Assembly (NCBI GenBank): GCA_965240325.2
Contig: OZ251250.1
Location: 990,766-1,054,765 of the forward strand
Length of the DNA stretch: 64,000 bases
Source: Rebecca billardiae RCC1528
Lineage: Eukaryota; Protista; Haptophyta
Direction of reading: 5' to 3'
Shown here: piece after piece, positions 34,816-45,752 of the stretch
How the letters are laid out: each line of letters opens with the position of its first letter
Numbering within the stretch: the stretch's first letter is position 1
Notes under the pieces: generated by a model
Seen by the model: only the letters and a program-made list of their open reading frames with translations
Databases searched by the model: none
Told to the model about the DNA's origin: nothing
Position numbers and translations under genes: made by a program

Positions 34816-35538
34816 ATGCTCGCTTCGCTCGCGCTCAGCTCGCTCGCGTTCAACGGGCCCGCGCCCCGGCCGGCCGCGCCGCGCGCCGCCGTCAACATGA
34901 TGGCCAAGTCGAAGGCGCTGCCCTTCCTCGAGGCGCCGCCCGCGACGGACGGCCTCATCGGCAGTGCGTGCACGCGCCCCGCCGCGCGCGCCGCTCGTCG
35001 CCGCGCGCGCGCCGCGCGCGCGCGCGCGCTCGCGCGCGGCGTGTGGCGAGTGTGCTCAGACGGCTGGCGCGGCGCGGCCGCTCGGCGCGCAGGCCAGGGC
35101 TTCGATCCGCTCAAGTGCTCCGAGTACGTGGACATTAAGTACCTGCAGGAGGCCGAGCTCAAGCACGGCCGCGTGGCGATGCTCGCAACCGTCGGCTACA
35201 TCGCCACCGACTTTGGCATCACCGGGCCGGGCGCGCCGACCGGGCTGAGCAGCGCGGCCGCGCACGACGCCGCGGTCGAGGCGGGCGGCATGGTGGTGCT
35301 GCTGCTGGTGGCGTCGATGCTGGAGATCTGCGGCGGCGTGCCGAAGGTCTTCCAGATGCTCCGCGGCTCCGTCCCATCCGCGCCGGGCGACTACGGCTTC
35401 GACCCGCTCAACCTGGGCGCGAAGGGGGGCGAGCGCATGCAGCTGGCGGAGATCAAGAACGGCCGGCTGGCGATGCTCGCCTTCTCGGGCATCGTCACGC
35501 AGAGCGTGCTGTACGAGAAGGGCTTCCCGTACTTCTGA
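34816..35538 (+). CDS. Light-harvesting chlorophyll a/c (fucoxanthin) protein, Lhcr-like (intron 34964-35092)
   Basis: SKALPFL, GFDPL, EAELKHGRVAMLA, PGDYGFDPLNL, AEIKNGRLAMLAFSG. Presequence SLA-FNG resembles the signal/transit junction of red secondary plastids. Confidence 0.96.
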   Translation: MLASLALSSLAFNGPAPRPAAPRAAVNMMAKSKALPFLEAPPATDGLIGSACTRPAARAARRRARAARARALARGVWRVCSDGWRGAAARRAGQGFDPLKCSEYVDIKYLQEAELKHGRVAMLATVGYIATDFGITGPGAPTGLSSAAAHDAAVEAGGMVVLLLVASMLEICGGVPKVFQMLRGSVPSAPGDYGFDPLNLGAKGGERMQLAEIKNGRLAMLAFSGIVTQSVLYEKGFPYF

Positions 35539-36132
35539 GCGCGGCTGCTGAGCGCGGCGCGCGGGGCCGCTCCAGCGCACACTCCGCCCCGGCGCGGCCC
35601 TCGCGGCGGGCCTGACGAGCCGTGGCGGTGCCAGACGTGCCCCTGGGCCTGGGGCCCTTGGCTCCGCGGGACGAGTTCGGAGTCACGACCTCCCGAGGAC
35701 CGGCTGCGCTGTCGCGCGTCGTCGTTCATCATTAGCAGACTATGACTGACGCGTACGACTCGCGACCTGATAGTGAGTGGCACCGCAGAGTGCCTAAGCC
35801 GCGCCCCGCGGGCCCGGCGGACCGCGAGTCCGCGGTCGCGCGGCCGACCGCGCCCGCGGGGCGCCGAGTGCCCGCGCCAGGCCCAGGGCCAGGCCCACGG
35901 CCACGGGCACGCGGACCGCCCCACCCCTACTGGCCCCAGTGGAGAGTCAACTCTCAGAGAGTACGACAGCGCATACAGACAGTCGGATGACGACGACTGT
36001 GATGATGAGTCGGGAGGACGTCGTCATCGATCAGTGCTGCCAACTCAGTCACAGTCAGTAGTCACTGAAGTGTCAAGTGACACTGACGGTCAGATTGCCA
36101 CGGACTGCTTGCTGTTGTCTGATGACGCCGAA

Positions 36133-36156
36133 TATATTAACGACGTGGTATGCAAC
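36133..36156 (-). mobile_element. 24-bp 3' terminus of the RLE retrotransposon
   Basis: TATATTAACGACGTGGTATGCAAC, identical to the termini near 9571, 10158 and 15611. Confidence 0.7.
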
Positions 36157-36423
36157 ATAACTACGGAATTTGGCGACGATGATGATCATGACATGATGAT
36201 ATGATGAATATGATGGCGCGCGGAGCTGCCCATTGGCCATTGTGATTGGATTCTTGGTGATGATCACACCGTTGGCATCCATGATGCGCAGCCCTGCCGC
36301 TGGCGCCTCGGGCACCCCCTGTGCCCACGTCGCGGCGCGCCGGTGCGGACCACTCCGAGTGAGTAGTCCGACCACCAGTCGCTTCTGTGCCGCTGCGAGG
36401 AGGAGCGACAGGACTCAAGGAGG

Positions 36424-36717
36424 TCACTCGGCGGCAGCGCCGCCGCCCTCGGCGGGCACGGCGCGGCCGCGCGGCGGCGGCGGCGGCAGCGGCGGCGCGC
36501 GGTAGCCGAGCCGGCCGAGCGCGTACGCGAGCGTGCCCACACTCTCGAGCGTGAAGGGGCAGCGCCGCAGCCCCGAGTGCACCGCGCACCGGCCGAACCC
36601 CTCCGCCGCGTAGTCCGCGGGCGGCGTGTCCTCGGCCAGCGCGTGCAGCAGCAGCAGCGCGAGCGCCGCGGCCGCGTGCGCGACGGGCGGCGCGTGCAGC
36701 GGCCGCGCCGCCTCCAT
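36424..36717 (-). CDS. Small hypothetical protein (97 aa)
   Basis: GC3-biased codons, a hydrophobic stretch AAAALALLLLHALA and a C-x2-H-x5-C segment. Confidence 0.5.
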   Translation of the reverse strand: MEAARPLHAPPVAHAAAALALLLLHALAEDTPPADYAAEGFGRCAVHSGLRRCPFTLESVGTLAYALGRLGYRAPPLPPPPPRGRAVPAEGGGAAAE

Positions 36718-37760
36718 GCCCTCGACGGCGTACGCTCGGTGTGGGGGTTGGTCCGGTACGGTCCGGCTGCAGACTGGCAGCCCTCCGATTTCGCCCGGCC
36801 GCCGATTGCCCGCCTCGAGGAAATTGCCCGCGTCCACGAGCAGGCACGTTCTCGCGGTGGGCGCTCACCAAGCGACCTCGCGGCCGATCGTCTGGCGGCA
36901 TGGGCCGCGAGACGGCCGCGGGGGCGCGAGGAGCGCCGAGCGCATTCGGGCTGCGTGCCAGGCCCGGGTACGCGCCCGGCCGGTGGGGCGCGCGTCGGTT
37001 GGAAGGCGTGGCCCGAGTGCGTGGGCCCACTGCGGCCGCGCATTGGCTGTCGCACGCGGCCCGCACGGCAGGGCCGAGGACGCGGGGCCGCACGCGGCAC
37101 AGCAGGCCCGCTTCGGCCGCCGCTGCCTGGCGCGACGGCAGCCTTGCCCAGGCAGGCAGCGCGGGCGCAGTGGCGTCTCTGCCGCAGGAGTTCGCCACGG
37201 CCAGGAGCCAGCCCCACGGCCCCCGTCCGCCGCACGCTGGCGAGTCGGCGCGAGAGCGACGTTGCCAGTCCGCGCGCGCGCGGTTGCCAACCGGGGGGCG
37301 GGCTCGCCTGCACCAGCTCAGCCGCGGCGGCTGGCTGGGCGCGGTAGCATCGCCCCCACCATCTGGCAACGCCACTGGCCATCGCCCCTGCGCGCACTCG
37401 CAGCGCGTTGCCACAGCGCCCCCCCTCGTCACCACCCCCGTCTCGGTTCCTTGGCGGGGCTTAACGGTGGAGTGGTCGGACGGTCGAGCCCAGCGGAACT
37501 GGCGGCGCTGCCCGTCCGGGAGGCGGGCCGAGCGACTCTCGGCGCGCGCGCTGGTCGTGCGAGGGCGTCGCGGCGACGACGGCCACGAGCCTCTACGGGT
37601 TCGCAGGGTCCGCCGGCCTGCATGCGCGCCACCGCGCGCATGGAGGCGGGCGCGGCCATCGTGGAGGGAAGTAGGGCCAAAGTACCAGTAAAAGGGCGCC
37701 TCGTCGTCGGCGCCTGTCTCACAAATGACGGGCGGCGGTGATGAGAAGAACATAACATAT

Positions 37761-40724
37761 CCCCTTACCGCAGGTTGCTTCTATACGCGAAGCAAAGATG
37801 GGTTCGCCCCCGCGGGTGCGTGCTCGGCGGGCAGGTGGACGCCGCGAGAGGGCGCGCGATGGCTGAGAGGCATCTTCGTGAGCATGTTCGTGGGCCACCC
37901 GAGCCTCATCGCCGCCGCCCTCCCCCTTCTCCGGTGCCACGGCGTCCAAACGGAGTGCCAAACGAGTGTTCGAGCACGCCCAGAAGCAAAGTTTTGAGGG
38001 GTGCTCAGTTCGCCTCTGAGGTGCTCGTATCGCTGCCGGTACCGCATCAGGCGGGGTGAAGGACGTCACCCGCCGGTCGGCTCTCGGGCTGCCAGTCAGT
38101 GCCTGTGGTGCTCGGACGCTGCTCTCCGAGCTCGAGATCCATCATGCGGCTTCCTGTGTGACGTCGGCAATGAGGAGGGTGTACTTGCGCAGCGGGGCGC
38201 GCGCGTCGCGCATGTGATCGACACCGAAACAGACGAAGAAACATGACCGCCCATCCCGCCGAGCTCCTGGCTGACTTGCACTCGGCAATCACGCCGCGCG
38301 CGCGGCCTGCGGCTGCTGCGTGCGGCAAGCCGCCAAGCGTGTCACGCGCGACTGGCAGGTGAGTGAGTTCAGCGCGACGAGTCAGGTGAACGCGCGCAGA
38401 CCAGCGCGTGCAGTACGTACACCGCCTACAGCCATCTCGACCGATCGCCTACCTGCCTGAAGCAGCTGCAAGGCGTGCAGCCGGGTGTCGCGGGCACACG
38501 GTGAGCCCGAGTGGCGGGCAGGCGACACGCCCGTACGGCAGCTCGGCGCGCTGCCGCGCGATGCCATCGTGGAGGCATTGTAGCTGGAGGGACCAGTCTG
38601 GCGGCTGTCTGAGGGTAGCTAGACCATGCCTGCACAGTGCCATGCGGCGTTCAGCGCCCAAAGGCGCCCTGACTGGCCGCAGGGCGCCCTCAGCGGACCG
38701 GCCGTCAACTAGTAAATAATTAGGTCGGTCCCTCCCAACTGGGGCGATATTCTGGCGCACTCAGAATGACGTCCTAGATTTTGTCTCTCACCCAGAATCG
38801 ACGCTATAAATGCGTCCCATCGGGGCGGAGCAAAAGTTTCGACCTCAAAACCTACTCCGCGTGCCGTCGCGCGGCCGAGCGCGCGCGCGCCGCGCCAGTA
38901 GTGTCACATAGAGATTTTGCGAAGCGTTACTTCATGGTTATGGTGGCTAGATGGCGACATGCGATCGGAATGACTTATTGGCAACCGTTGACACCCGACC
39001 GAACCATTTTATGAAGCAAAGAGTGGGGCTCTATGCTGTGCGCTGATACCTCCAACAAACTACAGCAAGATCGAGCATATTACCCACTTTATATATACCC
39101 ACTTACCCGTATATAGTATGAGTGTTACCCACTTTATATTGACCGTGGATGCGGTTCACTATATATTCAAATTCGTTCCGATAAGTGGGTACGTTTGTTG
39201 GGTCATCGAATAGGCGCCCGGAGCGACGCGGACACAGGCACTCCCGGGCCGCAACCGGCGGACTGCCTGCGAGTGGCAGTGTTTGTGGCGGGCTGCGTGC
39301 CGAGGCACACACCATCGCCCGCCACCGAGCATGCCACCGTCGTCACACGGGAGCCCTCCGCCGTCGAGGCTGGACTATCAGCCAACGCCACCGCCGGAGC
39401 TTGCCGCGTTCAGCGGCTTCCGTGCTCGTACTCCGCGTGTCACCGGTCGTCGTATGCCCACCCGCGTGAGGCCGCCACCAGTCCACGACTACCGCAGCTG
39501 CAGCCCATGCCGCCGACGATGCCTCCTACCATCTTCTCGCCAGGCAGCAATACGATAGGTTCACCGACGCTGCTGCTAGGCTGAGAGCACTCAGCCAGTT
39601 GGCCGGCGAGACGTCAGATGGTTGAGCTGCTGGCCTAGCCATCACGTTGCGGCTTCCGCTCGCTCAAGTACACCCAACGTGACGACGAGGACGTGCCGGG
39701 CAATCATCAGACATGCGTCTGGGGGGCTACTACGCCTAGCCGTAGAGTTGCTGAGTACGAGTCTTCGCAGACCACAAGCGGAACGAGTGGGACCACCCGA
39801 TGGCAGGAGCAACAGCGTGGGGTGGCACCCGCGCCTGTCAACGCGACCGCGTTCTGTCAAGAATGGACCCATATCCTGCGACCACCCTCGAGCACCGCAG
39901 GCTATGCCCACACTCGGCATAGGGAAGGATGGCTGAGCGCCTGCTGCCGCTGTCAAAGGCCCTGCTGATCTTCCTGGCGCTGGATCGTGCACACGGATGG
40001 CAAGTCGGCGTGCTCGCCGCACATCGCGGCGGCTTCTCAGCATCCCAAGTCCTCAGTGCACCCATCCTAGGCCTGCTGGTCGATGATTGGTACCAACCCC
40101 CACCAAACACGCCCTCTCGGAAGTCGCCAATCGCTTACATGACTCCCCGAGAGCCCGGGGCTGGCTGTCGTGCGTTCTCACGAGCAGCTTGCGCGCAGCC
40201 CAAATGTCACCTTCACGGTGCGTTGAGCTGCTCAAGATGGCGGGAGCGTCAAGAGCATGCCCGAGCACGATACTGGCCCATGCCTCCCGTCGCCTGACCC
40301 GCATGTGGCAAAAACTGGCCCTGCTCGAAGGCACGGGTCGAACACCCGCCGATCGATTCAAGTTGTCTGTACGCGTCTAGCCGGGCGAGAGTCAAACATG
40401 CGGGCACGTGCCAGGCGGGGGATGTGTGACCACGGATCCCATCCGTGAGCACGCGCAAAGCGCTCGAGCGCGCGATAGGTATTGGCTGTGGTCTACCCGA
40501 CACACGGCGGCTCGGTCCCGCTGGAGAGGCGCTCCGACATCGTCGGGAGCGTTCAGATCGGACCTCGGCCGGCGGCCCGGCGATTTTCCCGAGCCGCGCC
40601 CCGCGCGAAAAGAATTCCGGCGAGAAAACCCGGTAAATGTTTAAAAGAACGCTGGAAAATCGCCAGGGACCCACCTACAACTTTGCTTCCATACGAAGCA
40701 AAGTGAACTGCGTGCGGTAAGGGG
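37761..40724. mobile_element. Non-autonomous DNA transposon, piggyBac-like termini, ATAT TSD
   Basis: ATAT|CCCCTTACCGCA at 37757-37772 and TGCGGTAAGGGG|ATAT at 40713-40728. Subterminal TTGCTTC-N5/7-GAAGCAAAG palindromes at both ends. Interior GC is lower than the flanking genes and there is no long ORF. Confidence 0.8.
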
Positions 40725-41012
40725 ATATGACGCTGGAACACGGCGTCTCTTGCAGCGCGGGCGCTCATTGGCCGGCCGCGCGGCCCTGCTACCTGTGAGA
40801 GTTCGCCGAAGGGGTCGGACTGCACACCGGCTGCGACGCCCGGCCAATCAGCGGCCGCGCACACTTCACGCCCACTTGGAGATAGAGCGCTCGGCAGAGA
40901 AAACACCCGTGCGTGCAGAGGCCGACGGGACCACAGCCTGCGCACGCTGGCTCCCTCCGCTCGCCTGCCTTCAAGCCGCGCTTGATCACCCGTTCCTCCG
41001 CCAACGCGCCAC

Positions 41013-41840
41013 ATGCTCGCGCCCACGGCCACCGTGTGCGCGGCGCTGCCGGCGCCGATGCGCACCCTCTCGAACCCGTCCGCGCCGCTCCTCCCGGCCC
41101 CCGCGCCGCCGCCGCGGCCCGCCGCCGCGCCGGCCACGCTCGGCGGCGCCGCGGCGCCGCCGAGGCCGACGCGCGCGGTGGTGAGCTGCCTGCGCTGCGA
41201 CGAGCCGTCGGTGAGCGGCGGGCTGCCGCGCTGCGGCTGCTTCGTGCGCGTGCTGCGGTACAACCTGCCGCACACCGTCGTCTCGCTCCTCGACGGCGCG
41301 CCGCGCCGCGTCCGCCGGCTGCGCGGGCTGCGCGGCCGGCACGCGCGCGAGCGAGGCGTGCTGCCGCGCGACTGCGCCGGCCGGCCGCACCCGCCGCCCG
41401 CGTGGTTCGCCGCGGCGCACGCGCCGCCCGCGTACGACGTGGGGAGGCCGATGCACCTCCCCGTGTACATCGACGCGAACGCCAACCGCACGCGCGCCGC
41501 CGCCAGCCGCACGGCGCTGCCGCCGCCGGCGGAGGCCGCCGCCGCCGCCGCCGCGCGCGCGCCCGCCGCCGCCGCCGCCGCCGCGCCGCCGCCGCTGCCC
41601 GACGAGCTCGTGGCGGCGCGGCGCACGTTCCGACGCGCGTGCGTGCTCGACGTGCCGCCGTGCGCGACGCTCGCCGACGTGAAGGCCGCGCTCCGCGAGC
41701 AGTACGGCGTGGAGGGCGCGCGGTGCGCCAAGCTGAGCGGCTCGCACGCGCGGCTGCTCGTGCCGCTGCACCGCGGGCAGGACGGCTGCGCGGCGCACCC
41801 CGTGTTCGCGGGCGGCGAGGACCCGCTGCTCGTGTGGTGA
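41013..41840 (+). CDS. Hypothetical protein with a possible C-terminal ubiquitin-like segment
   Basis: Strong GC3 bias; CxxC...CxC near the N-terminus; VLDVPPCATLADVKAALREQYGV. Confidence 0.65.
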   Translation: MLAPTATVCAALPAPMRTLSNPSAPLLPAPAPPPRPAAAPATLGGAAAPPRPTRAVVSCLRCDEPSVSGGLPRCGCFVRVLRYNLPHTVVSLLDGAPRRVRRLRGLRGRHARERGVLPRDCAGRPHPPPAWFAAAHAPPAYDVGRPMHLPVYIDANANRTRAAASRTALPPPAEAAAAAAARAPAAAAAAAPPPLPDELVAARRTFRRACVLDVPPCATLADVKAALREQYGVEGARCAKLSGSHARLLVPLHRGQDGCAAHPVFAGGEDPLLVW

Positions 41841-43270
41841 CGCGCGCACGCCTGCTCGTGGAGGGCTGCGCGCGGCCACGCCGCGCCTCCGCAACGGTTG
41901 CCGGCCGCGGCGCGCGGCCCGCGCTGAATCCGACGAGTCCGCCAACCGCCCGAGGTGCTCGGGCCTCCGCCGCCTCCGGCCGCGGGCTCGAGCTCAGCCG
42001 GTGAGACTGCCCTCCCGCCCAGGCCGTGCCCCGAGCGATCCGCCCGCCCGCGCGTGCTGCCGATGGGCGCGCCGATCCAAGCCGCGTAACATCATCAACT
42101 GGTATCGGTCCTGACGCGGGTCACACTGGCGGGGCCCGACGGTCCGCGTCATACGGCAGAGAGTGGCAATGACTCACTCAGTGTGACAGCTTGAGCCTTC
42201 GGATGCGGCGTCATAATCATCGGTGATGACTCGGCCGGGCTACTCTCTGATAGCACGTACTCCGCCGGCCTGGGCCGCCGCGTGGCGGCGGCGGCCAGCT
42301 CGGCTGCTCGCGGCCGCCGGGCCCGTCCGAGGCGCCCGCGCCCGCGGCGCCGTCGTACTCGTCGTACGGGCCGCCGGCGGCCGCGGCGCCGCGCCCCGTC
42401 ACCTCCGGCCTGTCAGTGAGAGTGAGACAGCACCGTGTCACCGCGGCCGGCGCGGGCCCGGGTGACTGTGGACCCTATATACTGGTGAGTCCGGCCGCCG
42501 CGCCCGGCCCGCGGGTGCGGACGGCCGACGGCGGCCGTCCGCGCCTCGGTGACGGCCCGACTGCCCGGCGAGGCGCGCCGCGGGCCCGTGCCGCCGCAGC
42601 CGACAGGCGGCCAGTCACACTGAGCTGACATCCGCGCAGCCAGCAGTACTGGGCGCCGGGGCAATTCAGCCGCGCCGCACAGTCGGGCCTCAGATTACAG
42701 GCTCAGACGCGGGTCGGACTCAGCCGCCTAACCGACTGGCTAACTAACTTGAGTCTTACAGTGCATCCGCCACTGAATCACTATATACTTTTCGCGGCGG
42801 TCGCTCACGTCGTCCGACTAGCTATTAGGGCTAGGCCGCGGGCGCGGCGCGCGGTGCCTGATTAAAGTGATTAATAACGACTGCTGCTGCTGTTGACGGC
42901 CGCCCAGTCCACGGGCTGTGAAACGTGTGATGCCAGAGTGCCAGACTAATCACTGACGATCACGATAATAATTTATTATTATATTATATAACTGAATAAT
43001 TTAATGATATTATACGCACGATGCTGCGAGCCGATCGACGCTGACGTGACGGAGCGCATCGGACGCCAAACAAACGCAGCCGCGCAGCCGGCAGCCCCCG
43101 CCGCGCCCGCGCTGCCAGGCCGGTCCACTCCGCGACACGGCTCGCTCGCGAGTCGCGGACTGCAGCGCGGCGGTGTGAGCTGACCACGGTGACGGAGCGG
43201 CTGTCCCAGAGGCTGCGGTGCGCGCCCCGTGCTGCGCTGCCGCGCTGCCCCCTACCCACGCGCAGCCCGC

Positions 43271-45356
43271 TCAGATGGCGAACTTGGACGGGTCGTGCCG
43301 CTCCGGGGTGATCGAGTGCCGGCCGGCCATCAGCCCCTCCGCCTCCGCCTCGCCCTCCTCGTCGTCGATGGAGAACTTGGCCGGGTCGTGCAGCAGCGCG
43401 GAGCGCGAGGCGGTGACGGTGCGCGTCGCGTTGAGCGTGGGCGCGTAGAAGTACGCCATCAGCCAGACGTACAGGTTGAACAGCGTGAGGAACGAGAGGA
43501 ACTCGGCCGCCTGCGCAGCGCGGACCACCGCGTGCGTGCGCGCGCGCGCGTGTGCGCGTGCGCGCGCGCACGAGGCGGCCGGATGGACGGCGGCCGGTGC
43601 GCCGGCCGGTGCGGGCGCGGCCCAGCGCGCGGCGCGGCGGGGCGGGCGGGATGGGGCGTGCGCGGCGCGCGCGCGCACCTCGTCGTGCACGGGCGAGAGC
43701 GCGCCGACCACCACGCCGACGAGGGTGCAGACGAGCACGGCGGCGGTGAAGAAGAAGGACGTGCAGAAGTGCGCGGGCATCGTGAACACCTCGGGCAGCG
43801 TGCGCCCGAGCACCGCCAGCAGCCACACGCAGTACACGCCCGCCAGCGCGTGCGCGATCAGCTGCAGCAGCGCGGCGGGGGGCAGCTCGGCGCCGCCCGC
43901 GCCGAGCGCCGCGCGCGCCAGCGCCGGTGCGGAGTGCGGCGAGAGCTGCGCGTACGCGCTCGGCTCGAAGGTGGCGCTCCACGCCGCCCACGCGTTGGCG
44001 CCGGTGGTGGCCAGCCAGAAGCAGCCCAGCAGGCAGTACTTGGGCAGCGCAAAGCGCGCCCAGCCGATGCGCGTGGGCGGCGAGCGGATCGCGCCGAGCG
44101 TGACGAGCCAGAAGAGGAGCAGCAGCGCGAGGAAGGTGCTCTGCAGCACCGCGCTGAGCAGCTTGGAGCCCAGCCCGGGGCGCAGCAGCAGCAGCGCGTA
44201 CGGCGCGTCGTCCAGCGCGGGCGTGCCGAGCAGCAGCGCCCACACCCAGCGCTGCTCGAGCATGCGCTCCGCGTGGGGCAGCGCGAGGTACCGCCGGCCG
44301 TACAGCGCGACGGCGCAGAGCGAGACGCAGAGGAACACGTACTTGAACGCGCCCTCGTACAGCACGAACGCCGCGCTCTTGCTCACGAACTGCAGCACCA
44401 CGTTGCCCACGCCGCCCAGCGCGCCGCCCGCACCGCCGCCGCCGCCGCGCAGCGCGAGCTTGAGCCTGTACGTGTGGCGCTGCACAGACGTCTGCTTGGC
44501 GAGGAGGACGGGCTCGCAGAGGGGCTCGCCCAGCCGGCAGACCAGCGTCTTTGTGCGGTCGTGCGACGCCGCCGAGCCCACCGCCTCCCAGCCGGCCGCC
44601 GCGCCGCTCGCGTTGGCGCCGCCCCCGCCGCCCGGCCCCGCCGCCCCGCGCCGCCAGAGCTCGACGTGCGCGCTCAGCCGCACCTCGCGACCCGCGTCGG
44701 GCGCGGTGTTCTGGATGCGCGCGTGCAGGAAGAAGAACTGGTCGAAGCGCATGCCGAAGCTGATCGTGTCCTCGAACTGCGCGGGCGCGCGCGAGGGTGG
44801 GGGCCGGGCGGGGGCCGGGTGGGCGGGCCGGGCGGGGGACGGGGCGGCGGGCCGGGCGGGCGGGGGCCGGGCGGGCGGGGCGGCCGCGGCGGCGCGCACG
44901 CGGCGCGCGAGGGGCGGAGGCGGCGCTGGGCGGCGCGCGAGGACGGCGCGCGCGCGCACCGCGGCGCCCGCGCTCATGTCCACCCCGCCCGCGCACGGCT
45001 TCTCCGCCTTGAGCGCGGTCTGCAGCGCCGCGCCGTGCAGCTCCGAGCCGCCCTGCACGACCGGCCTGCCGGCCGGCGCCGCGCACCGGTACGCGTCGTA
45101 CGCGGAGACGGTCTTCATCGGGGGCGCGTGCAGCCCGATCTGCGCGCGCGGGGTGGGGGTGGGGGTGGGGAGGCGAGGGGCGGCGGCGCGCGCTGAGCGC
45201 GGGCATGCGTGCGTGCCGCGCGCGTGCGTGCGCGCGCACCGCCCAGCTCACGCCGTACACGAGCGCGACGACGGCAAAGGCGGCGCCCAGGCCGCGGCGC
45301 GTGAGCACGTCCAGGACGACCTCTCGCCCGTGCACCTCGTGCTCATCCTTGCCCAT
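43271..45356 (-). CDS. TMEM181: TMEM181 / Wntless-like multi-TM protein (3 introns)
   Basis: EQRWVWALLLGTPALDDAPY, FLALLLLFWLV and AAEFLSFLTLFNLYVWLMAYFYAP match TMEM181 motifs EQKW..LL...LYNDPF and SAEFLSFY...YLYTLAFVYSP. Confidence 0.85.
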
Positions 45357-45752
45357 CCGCCTGCGCCGGGCGTCCGCCCGGGTCGCCGTGGTGAAGCGCG
45401 CGAGGCGTCGGGGCGGCGCCCGAGCAGGATGGAGGCGCCGCGGCGGGGGTCGCCACTCGCCAGGCAGTTGGCGCCGCCCTCTGTGAGACTCTTCATCGCC
45501 CTCGGCCGCGATGGCGGCGGGGCCGCACTCGGCGCACGCCCAGACACTTCACGACGACAGCGCAGGCCTGCGCTGGCGCTATAGATCGCCATCTACGTCG
45601 ATCGATCGTTTGCTCGGCGTCGAGTCCATCGCTGGCTGAGCCCGCGCACTGCGTCATCGTCGGTCGCCGTCTGACTGGCCGCGTGCGTCACGGCGCCCGA
45701 GCAAGTTGGACGGCCGGGCTGCTCGGCAGCCGTGCTCGTATGACCGGCCGTC

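Noticed and set aside
37761-40724. Intact transposase or Fanzor/TnpB cargo
   Set aside because: Only short ORFs; no DDD/DDE or RuvC motifs recognisable.
42217-42441. Small ORF or orphan exon (GPYDEYDGAAG)
   Set aside because: Too short, with no convincing start or partner exons.
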